Below the pieces are notes generated by a model. That model was given only the letters and a program-made list of their open reading frames with translations, searched no databases and was not told the DNA's origin. Both the position numbers and the translations under genes were made by a program. This document shows, piece by piece, positions 1-8,901 of a DNA stretch of 40,746 bases. Source of the stretch: Perkinsus olseni (Eukaryota); the NCBI GenBank assembly GCA_013115125.1, contig JABANN010000306.1, forward strand, positions 1 to 40,746, in the 5' to 3' direction. Numbering within the stretch: the first letter of the stretch is position 1; every line of letters begins with the position of its first letter.

Positions 1-1221
1 CTGCGCTGTGCGTTTCTGTTCCTGATCAAAACGGATAACGCTCTGTTAACGTAATTATTGTATTCGTAATTTACGACCGGAGGGGCGGCCAGCCCTGTGG
101 TTGAGGCTCGTCTTGCAATTCGTTCGGTTGACTCGAGTGAAATTACGCGTGTTCCGCTCGTTACCGTTGGTCGCTTTCCTCCCCTCGGCTGCGCCTTCCC
201 CTCCAGGTCGGATGTGTTTTATGATGTTTCTGATGATAGCTGTTCCTGAGTGTTCTCGATCGCGCCCCGTTCTCCCTCTTCTGCCGAGGCTTCTCCCTTC
301 ACGTCCGCTCGAAGGCTCTGGATGGTTGGAAGTCCTGTTGATTGATGCTAGAGATCCTTGTCACACTGGTACGCTGAGATGAAGGACGGATGACTGCGAG
401 GGACGAGGACGAAGAGGCCGGATTTATAAGACGTGGTGCGATGTGGCAGTAATTGAGAAGACGGTTGGTAATTCGTTGCCGGTTGGGTCGTTTCCCTATA
501 AGGCCGGTTCGTGTGAAGTCGAGAGATTGTTGAAGTAGATTTATTTTGATATCGTAATTGTATGAGCCCATTGTTTGTTGATTGTTGCTTGGCCGGGCCC
601 TGTTCGTCCTTAGGCCGGTTCCGTAGCCCCGCTTCCGTCCTGCGAGGGAGGTATGTGACGGTGTGAAGTGTGGGATTTCGGCCGGAATCGGGACAGCACT
701 CCACAAGTGCGCAATTGTGTAGTGCAGGACGGGTGCTTCAAGCTAAGCTTAGCTAGATTGATTTCGTTGCCGTTACTCCGTACAGACTCGGTTGTCTGAC
801 GTGGTTTACCGACGTATCGTATAGCTTTGGTGACTCGTGTCGCCTTGGGTATTATCTATACGTTTGGTTGCTTCTGAGTTCCAGTACATCTTTGGGTCGG
901 GTTCACTACGCGAGTATTCCTGACAAGATGTGGCATCCTTATCATCCTTTCTCTTCCGTTTTTCCGGTTACAAGCCTTAGGGACCATTTGTGATGGCCAG
1001 AGACTGATGAGAAGACCGACCACCCGAAACAACAACACCCGACCCTGTCGTCTACACTGTGAACGCTGAACCGTTTAGTGAGGGGAAGGAACGTAGTATG
1101 ACAACAGAAGCTATGGTGGACGGGTGATGGAATATTGGCAATATTATATTGCGGACTCCGAAATGAGCCGAGGGCGGAAAAAGGATAAAGCACGGGCGGG
1201 TTTAGTCAAAGGGGGCGGGTC

Positions 1222-1309
1222 AAGAAACGCCGATGGGCGAAAGAAGAAAATTTCGGAGGCCGGATGAAGAAACGGCAATGGGCGAAAAAAGAAATTTCGG
1301 AGGGCGGGA
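1222..1309. repeat. Imperfect tandem duplication of a ~44-bp purine-rich unit
   Basis: aagaaacgccgatgggcgaaagaagaaaatttcggaggccgga is followed by aagaaacggcaatgggcgaaaaaagaaatttcggagggcggga. Confidence 0.8.
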
Positions 1310-1325
1310 AAAATTTATGGAAATA

Positions 1326-1352
1326 TGTCTTGTGCGAGGATCGAACCCGGGC
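1326..1352 (-). other. tRNA 3'-end-like fragment (B-box/T-arm), intergenic
   Basis: The minus strand reads gcccgggttcgatcctcgcacaagaca. No D-arm or A-box lies upstream. Paralogous to 3636-3662. Confidence 0.7.
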
Positions 1353-1397
1353 GCCACAGCGGGCTCGTGGAATAAATTCTCAACATACCGGAGCGGG

Positions 1398-1558
1398 AGT
1401 GAACACACTATGACTGTCCCCGAGTTCTCATGATCATGCTTGATCAGGATCTGACTCTGAAGGAAGCCGAAGCTGACCTCCTAAAGGAAGAGAATTTCAA
1501 AGAGGGAGGCAGCACCAGAGCGACGTGGATCGTGGCAGGTGGTCTCCTCTGAGTGCCC
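1398..1558 (+). pseudogene. Orphan duplicate of exon 2 and flanking intron ends of the TMUB-like gene
   Basis: 1436-1558 is near-identical to ~5034-5157 and encodes DLTLKEAEADLLKEENFKEGGSTRATWIVAG. The neighbouring exons are absent. Confidence 0.75.
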
Positions 1559-2592
1559 GGGCTCCACCGGGCGTGGAAGATACTACCGATGCCGTTGGGG
1601 GAATCTGCGAAAGGAAAAATTGAACGACTTCAAGTTGCACACTAAATGACAACCCACCATTGACTTTAGTCGCTTCCCTGTACTCAACTTGGTCCTTAAC
1701 GTCTTCGGTGAAGTCCACCGGCTGACTGGTGAATCTACGGAAATGTGGTACTGTGTTAGCACAGAGTGTTGCTGTAACGGAGGGAAGGGTAGAACGAAGC
1801 AGGGGCGTCAGAGAACGACTAGATGATAATGATGATAACATCATTGTAAAAATGAACTGAATTAAGACCGGCAACTTCGAAAGGCCCCCACCCGGCAGGA
1901 TATTTAGAGGGTGAGGGGCAACAATCCAAGGAAGCGCGTGTTGATACCGCTCCATACCCAATTCACGCGAACTCCACCTCTCCTCGGAGAGGGCGTAGTT
2001 CGGTGATCAATCTCAAAGGAAAAACGCAGGTAGCCGACAAGAACGATGTAAAGGCTGAATACTGAGATGGTTGTTGGCACGCTTCCTGTATACACGATGG
2101 CAGCTCCAGACCCTTCGCCTTCTGCGGGTTGGAGAGCGATCGTTCGGGCCAGGGTCAAGTCCTAGTACCCTAGGGTATTGATCTACTGATACGCAAGCAC
2201 GGGAACTGAACTCACAACAAGTACTCGCACATGATGGACATGAACCATACATCGCTGAAGGAGTGTCTGGTGTAAACACAGGACGATGAGAGTGTTGATA
2301 CAATTAGAGTGGTTACCGATGAACCTATATGCAGCCAAGACACGGAATCGCCAGAAATGAAAAGTCCTTTTGTAAAAACTGCAGCACTCCGTGAGAGTGA
2401 CTCCCGAACGAAGGCGAGAATAAGACAGATCGCTAATTGCCTCCTGATAAAAAATTGGTACCATCTGCCGCCCGATGGACGCAACTATGTGAGGCCGCCG
2501 AAATTGAGCCTAGCAAGGTTCCTCAACAACCATCGAAGGAATGACGAAGAATTTACAAAGTGCTTTGCCGCTACACCATCAACAACAGCATA

Positions 2593-3564
2593 CTAAATCA
2601 GATCTCCTGGAAGTCGGAAGAGTTGGTATGTCGTCTTCTCGCCTCGGACATCCAGCCGACCAGGCTGGCCCCTCAGACAGAATCTCAGCGACGATTCTGG
2701 CTCATCAGAGGTCGTCTGCAATCTGAAGCATCCAGGGGTGAAATGATCTTGGACGATCTTTCCCTTGATCTGCGCTAGGATCTTCGTTTCCCCGTACGTG
2801 TCTAGCCTGGCGTGAGGAAGACCACCATTCATCGGTGTTTGGATAAACAAGTGGACCTCTACTGAGCCGGGCGCCCAACCAACGTAAATCCCGTCCATTG
2901 AGGTCGTGCCACCAGCAACGCCTTTCGACGGTCGCGGTTGTGCTTGGTATGAGCTCGGGTTAAGAGATACCGAGGACTCTCCAGCGGAGACCGAGAGATG
3001 GTCGCTGTGTATCAGAGGTACCGGTAAGTTGAGCTTGTCGAATGGTTTGTAACTGGAAGGCTGGTGCGCGTCCAAATACAGGATCAAATCCGGTTTCCTT
3101 CCACTTGACGCATCGCTGCTGGCGGTCGAGCAGAGCACCATACTTTGACGATCCGCGTGCCACACCTTATTAAGCCAGCCATAAACAGCAGGCATAACCC
3201 GCTTCGTAATATCCCAGCTGAACCAGTAGCACTCCCCGACGTCGTGGGTTGTGACTTGTTGTAGGTAGAAGAGACCGCAGGGCTTGATTAGGTGGAAACC
3301 ATCAAGGTGGAGCGAGGCAAAACCGTCGTCCAATAGCCCGTAGCCGAAGGATAGACTCGCGTACGTCTTCGTCATAAGTCGGGTTACTTTCAGACGAACA
3401 GGGGCCAGGAAGCTCAATTCAGGAGAGAGGAGTCTTTCATCGGATAGGTAGACACCGTGAGGGATGCCGCGGGATGAGGGAAGACCGCTGTCAGGTTTGT
3501 TAGTAGCAGACCCCAGACAAGCACCGAGAAAGAGACTGCTAGTCAGAAGACCTTCAATGAGCAT
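2593..3564 (-). CDS. Intronless putative secreted protein, 323 aa, lineage-specific, function unknown
   Basis: Long ORF with a signal-peptide-like N-terminus (MLIEGLLTSSLFLGACLGS). A T-tract and CAG acceptor-like site lie ~35 nt upstream of the ATG. Confidence 0.75.
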   Translation of the reverse strand: MLIEGLLTSSLFLGACLGSATNKPDSGLPSSRGIPHGVYLSDERLLSPELSFLAPVRLKVTRLMTKTYASLSFGYGLLDDGFASLHLDGFHLIKPCGLFYLQQVTTHDVGECYWFSWDITKRVMPAVYGWLNKVWHADRQSMVLCSTASSDASSGRKPDLILYLDAHQPSSYKPFDKLNLPVPLIHSDHLSVSAGESSVSLNPSSYQAQPRPSKGVAGGTTSMDGIYVGWAPGSVEVHLFIQTPMNGGLPHARLDTYGETKILAQIKGKIVQDHFTPGCFRLQTTSDEPESSLRFCLRGQPGRLDVRGEKTTYQLFRLPGDLI

Positions 3565-3635
3565 ATTCTGAGAGGGCAGATGAGGGGCGAGACGTAAGCT
3601 GACCAGCGAAGTTTGTGGAAAAAATTACAGAAATA

Positions 3636-3662
3636 TGTGCCGTGCGGGGATCGAACCCGGGC
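3636..3662 (-). other. tRNA 3'-end-like fragment (B-box/T-arm) in divergent intergenic region
   Basis: The minus strand reads gcccgggttcgatccccgcacggcaca, followed by tatttctgtaatttttt. No 5' half is present upstream. Confidence 0.7.
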
Positions 3663-4004
3663 GACACCAGGATCGTCTGGAAAGGACCCCTTTTCATCAG
3701 AAAAAAAGACGATATTCCGCAATCCTTTGGAGGGCTGTATAGTGTTTTCAGCGGCCTTCTTCTGCTGTCCATCTCAAGTCGTGCTGCTGCTGTCCAATTG
3801 TAACTTCTCAGCAACCCGATTCTTCGAGTTTCGTAGTGGGTCATGTCAATGAGCGGGATACTGTAATTCTATGGGTTCTTCTTTAATGCCTTAGCCAGTG
3901 AGAATCCATCCTTCATCGAGACTGATGAATGATGGGAGTCCTCGAGACAGCCCGTCAAGTGAACTCTGGAGATTTTCAATCTGGTAGGGGTTTTGTCCTT
4001 GAAT

Positions 4005-5791
4005 ATGGCATCTACAGATCACGACGCGGCCACGACTTCGCGAGAAGGTCCTGCGTCGGGAGAAACCCAAGTTCCTGACCAGAAGCAGGCATCGGCTGGC
4101 AGCGATGGCCCAAAGATGATGTCGTTGAACATTCGGATAGCCGGCGGAGCGAGGAACGCCTCCAGGGACCAGCTCGACTTCGTCAAGGAAGTTAACGGGG
4201 TAGTATTGTCACTGCTGGGAGGCACTTGAGAGCGTCACATTTGTGAATAGTGAATTGGTATTGGGTGTCTATAGGGCTGGGATTCAAGAGCCATTGGGGT
4301 CCTCGCCAATTATAGGTCGTATACTAAAAACCTAATACCATTTCAGATTACGATACTCATAGAAATCGTGATGACAACTGTCAAGTTGACAGCTGTTATT
4401 ATGATTCCTAGCAGTGTTGTACTAGTTAACAGTGTTAACACTAAGGATAATATTCATTATTATTATTGCCGTTCTCTGCGAGATCTTCTCTCGGGCCGAG
4501 AGTCTCGGTGGCAGTAGTGTTTCTGTTGGTACTACCCGCCTGAGTTGAGGGTATCTGAATTAATGACGATTACCCAAGCGAAGTGAAGTCTAGCCACTCA
4601 GATTGATAATAATGAGCTGGAGATGAAGAGTTTCTTTCTTTTCACAACTTGCCCCTGTACAGCCCTTCTTCGGCAGTTTTGTACGACTTCTTTGGGGCTA
4701 GAGCTTTACGCTGTGTCCGTGTGTCATGTCTTAACCTTTGTACGACAAGTAACGGAGAACAGTTATCCTGGCCGGAACCATGGTCCAACTGGAATTCAAC
4801 CTGGCCGTTGGTCCAACTGGAATTCAACCGTGCCGTATGGTATTCAGTTTCTCGACGAAATACGTGAAAAACCCGCTTTTCTTGCCTGACGTTTCCTTGA
4901 AAGGGAATCGCTGCCATTTGGCACAGCAGATGACCATTTTCGTGTTGTTCGGCTTGGAGTTTGACGGGGCGTCTAAAGTTGCCTCACGCAGTGACAGTGA
5001 ACACACCGGGCTAGTGCCGAGTCTTCGTGATGGTGCTTGATCAGGATCTAACTTTGAAGGAGGCCGAAGCTGACCTCCTAAAGGAAGAAGATTTCGAAGA
5101 GGGAGGCAGCACCAGAGCGACGTGGATCGTGGCAGGTGGTCTCCTCTGAGTGCCCGAAGTACTGAGAGGAGTGGCTTGGTATGATCAGGTTCTCTGCTGC
5201 CTCGCGACGTGCCGCTGAAGGACATCGAAAAGTTGAATAGATCGGACGGTGTGGTGGTCCAAGTGTGAGAAGGGGTATCCTCGGTCGCTGGTGTCACTGC
5301 TTCGTCAGGTTCCTCCAATCCACTGCAACGGAGGGTTCTGAAGGGACCACTACTGGTAGGGGCGGCAGCAGCACTGTCTACTTGGACAGGATGGACACCT
5401 TCGAGGACAGCGTCTCGATATTTGCCTACTCTGTGAGTCGTCCGAATAGCCAGTCGGATGGAGTGTTTGCTCTCATGACAACGACCCTGGCTCGAACCGA
5501 CCACCTGTCGTTTCAGGTATCTGGTTTAGGACTTGCATTCACCTGGCGGTATCTTCTTCACTCCGACCGATCTCCTGTTGGCCGAGACGATGCTTCATCA
5601 CTGCTGCAGAACCTCACCCTCTTCTGCATCTACGCGTAAGTCCTGACCGTGATTTATTCCTCTTCTCTTCGGGATACTGTCACAGTACTTCTGTGGTCCA
5701 ATCGGGTGTTCGCTCGATCTGCCGAACGATGCTTCGATACTTGCATTTGATGATTCATCACCTTTGCGTACGAAATGAGCTCCTAACTTAG
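4005..5791 (+). CDS. TMUB/Dsc3-like protein (ubiquitin-like domain plus C-terminal hydrophobic segments), multi-exon
   Basis: Hand splicing (introns 4200-5044, ~5136-5188, ~5265-5308, 5433-5516, ~5636-5685) gives MMSLNIRIAGG..KEVNG|DLTLKEAEADLLKEEDFEEGGSTRATWIVAG|SLLPRDVPLKDIEKLNRSDGVVVQV, a Ubl-like pattern. This is followed by VSGLGLAFTWRYLL..LLQNLTLFCIYA. Both ends are approximate. Confidence 0.6.
4204..4999. mobile_element. Inverted-repeat-bounded intronic insert (MITE-like element or structured RNA)
   Basis: Left end tattgtcactgctgggaggcacttgaga matches the reverse complement of the right end (cactgtcactgcgtgaggcaactttaga). The intron is 845 nt versus ~50 nt elsewhere, and it holds many internal hairpins. 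Confidence 0.5.
4781..4829. repeat. Perfect 21-bp direct repeat (tggtccaactggaattcaacc) x2, period 28
   Basis: Copies at 4781-4801 and 4809-4829. Confidence 0.95.
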
Positions 5792-7692
5792 GAGTCCTGA
5801 GACTGTTTTTCGGCCTCTGGGCGCGTTCTCAAAGGATATGGCTTGGATGACTTCTGCTGCCTCAGGCAGCTTCCGTGCTTAGGCTCCCAGCTGCGGAATG
5901 TGTTGGCCGTTTTCTCGGACGCGAAATTGACATTGTGAATGCTGTCCTAGGGGATAGATGGACTAGCGAGGCAGTGTCACCGTGTATGGATAGGTTCACA
6001 TTGCTGTGGGTAGCCACTGTTGTGGGAGTCCTGATACGGAATCTCACACCAAGAGCTGAGCCGAGTAGCACTAGTACTGAACGGCGAGATGGAGGCCCTA
6101 CAGAACGCACAAGCGTCGCTGAAGGGATGCCGGTGGATGGCGCCGCTGAGGGAGGTACGAATATTCCCTTTGGGCTTAGTCGGACGCGATGTCTTGGATA
6201 GATACGAGCGTTGCAGAGGTTGAAGCCACAGTGCCTGCCTCCGCCCCATCGAGGCACGAGGAAGGCGAGTCACCATCATCGCCGGGAGAGTGATTTCCTG
6301 TGTGATTGTCTTCTACCATTTCCTGTTTACTTTGGTATCTACCGTTTCATCTGCAGCGTTTTTTGTGTAGTTTGTAAGTTCAGCTATGTCCGCTGGCAGC
6401 CTGTCAGTGGCAGGGAGAGGGAGTACGCGAGAGACTCATTCCGGCATGTTTCGTTACACTAGTGACTAGTGTCCTGACCATCTCCGCTGCACACCGACTT
6501 GTGACTAGTTGGTGTGCAGCGGAGATGGTCAGGAAACAGTTCGCAATGCGAACTTCGCATAATGAATTGGGAAGGGTAATTTACTGTTATCAGCTCAGCT
6601 TTTCACACTCGATCGTTCCGATGAGGGGCTTGCACATACACCACGACTCGGATACTGCGCCTCGTGATAGGTATCCAGAAGGGGTCTCATAGCAGTCTAG
6701 GAATCGATGGCATGAGCGCTCAACCGACGGGAAGGTAGGACCCTATTCGGCTAAAGAGGAAACTAACATTACAGCTGATGCGGGACTGAACAGTGCGGGA
6801 TGTGATACCTCATTGCCCCAGCGTATGGCGGATGAGGGTGTCTTATATTTCGCCGGCGATGGACGTACCCTGACGATTCGATTTCCCCACTGATTCATGC
6901 CAACGGTAGACAGTCTACCCTATGCCAAGTGTTGGATTGTGACTCAGCCGGTAGCCCGTGGTTTTCGTGCTGTTGTGTCTGCTGGCCAGTCACCTCTGTC
7001 TGTGCCACAGACTCTGTGGCCGGTCGGCCGAGATCCGGTTGTCGCGGTTTGCGACCGTCATCGACCCGTAACGAGTTTTCAGACTCGGGAGCCTCGAGGC
7101 GCCGTACAAGTGTGATCATTCCGCCGTGGAAAGCTTGACGATCATTTTTCTATCACACCGCCACCTGGCGGGATCAATGACAGTGTTTCTAAGCACTGTG
7201 CTCGGCACAGTTTTCTACGACGGAGGCGTTGTTGCTTCTGGGACATTCCAGGACTTTGAGTAGGACCTATCGATGCCGTGGGGACTGCCCACGGAGTACC
7301 GCTCAGCACGGCTTTCCGAATCTCGGCGGGCGGCCAGAGGGATTGCGAGTCGCTTGATCACTCGATTTGGAGTGGAATATCGTCGATTGCTCCTCCAGCT
7401 TTGACGCCGGTTGGTTATTCGTGTTCAACGACAGGAAGGGAGAGTGGCAGTTTGGTTGGCCAAGGAGGGCCTCGGAGGCGTTCAACAGAGCATAGATGTT
7501 ATTTATCGATGGCCCTTCATCATCACGCCCCGAGAATTGCACAGACCCTGACTGTCACCGGCTCGTTCGAGCAACAGTTCGTCCAGTTGGGAAATGCACT
7601 GAGATTGGAGTGAGATCTACGAGGCTCCTATTTTGCTTGCTCTCTACGAACATGTGGCCTGCATGATATGGCCTTGTTGAATCAACACGATG

Positions 7693-7757
7693 CATGAACC
7701 CGTATTGCAGGTAGAGAATCAACATTATTGATTCTCTACCTGCAATACGGGTTCATG
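7693..7757. repeat. Perfect 30-bp inverted repeat with 5-nt loop
   Basis: catgaacccgtattgcaggtagagaatcaa-catta-ttgattctctacctgcaatacgggttcatg. Confidence 0.97.
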
Positions 7758-8901
7758 ATAACACCGAGAAAACATCATGCCCAAGGGTCCCGGAAGTGGC
7801 TCTGTCCTATCCGGGCCGCTAGATGTGCACTCCTTCGATGAGGATGCCAATAGCCGAAATGGTTGCATTCAAGCCCAAGTTCATTGTTGGAAACAATTTG
7901 TTTGCGTTTCCAATCATGATGAGCCTGTTGTTCGTGATCGGCGAACGAAACGCTGCGAGAGTGGCGAGGGGTCCATGCGGTGCTGTGAGCACCGCAACTC
8001 CGAAGCGTGGTAGAGCATGGTCATGCAGGTCCGTGCATTGTTACGGATATTTTGTCAGGTACACGACAACCTGCTCTAGATGCACTCTTCGGGGATGGCC
8101 TCCAAGATCCGGCCTCGAATAAGTGAGACTCGGAAAAACTGGTGAGAGGTAGGCATCGGACTTTTCAATTTGGAGACACAGTGCGTTAAAAACCCCCGAC
8201 GATGCGTCGCATCTTCAAAATCGCATCACGAAGTAGCCGATTTGCAGTCGCTGTACTCGCTGGGTAATTGCCGGTTGCGCCAGAGCCTGATAGGCCGGGC
8301 CTATTAGTCCCTCACGCCGCCGACTCGGCGGCGCCGAGGGACATAACATGTCCCTCCTCTAACAGCGGTTCTTGACAGGTTGTTAAGAGCCGTGCCTGTG
8401 AAGCGACGCCACGGCGTCGACCGCGGCCCGCCGTAGTACTGTCCGATTACTCCAAAACCTCTCACTTTTTGGAGCGTAATTTGTTATGGCCCCAGGCCGA
8501 ACAGATAATAGTGCTCTGCTACTAGCGACAGGCGGTACAACTAGTTCGGAATTTCCCATTTGGTCACGACAATCGCTGACTCCTGACGCATTCCCACAGC
8601 GAATAATCGTTTGAGCATTCGGCTCCCGATCACTCAGTAACTCAAGAGCCGCTCTTCCCAGAAAACTCGAGGGCCTCTAAGCCAGATCCTACGTTGACGC
8701 TCGAGCGAAAGAGGTAATGTATAATGGCCCTTTAGGAATAGGGGCGAATAGGAGATCTCTGAGCCATCTTCGGCCGATACTCTCTTAATGACTGAAAAAA
8801 TAGTGCAGCACTAAAAACAGAAATTGTCACGAGTCGGGGTTAGTACGGGTCGTGAGTGAGATCGAGTATGGACCGGACTGCAGTCGAACCACCATTAAGG
8901 C

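Noticed and set aside
1-900. T-rich + strand with short minus-strand ORFs (e.g. MGSYNYDIK) suggesting a decayed retrotransposon
   Set aside because: No RT, RNase H, integrase or zinc-knuckle motif could be confirmed, and all frames are interrupted.
995-1060. Possible hammerhead ribozyme (CTGATGA...GAAAC...GTC)
   Set aside because: Stems I and II do not pair.
1560-2480. Overlapping 80-150 aa minus-strand ORFs as a gene
   Set aside because: No recognisable motif or consistent splice model; possibly a pseudogene remnant.
4781-4829. CRISPR-like repeat
   Set aside because: Only two copies with a 7-nt spacer, in a eukaryotic context with no cas genes.
5875-8122. Short ORFs (e.g. 5875-6201, 7823-8122) as genes
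   Set aside because: No motifs or convincing exon chain.
8386-8420. Group II intron domain V look-alike (gagccgtg...cacggc)
   Set aside because: The upper stem, GNRA loop and bulge geometry do not fit, and there is no domain VI or 5' GUGYG context.
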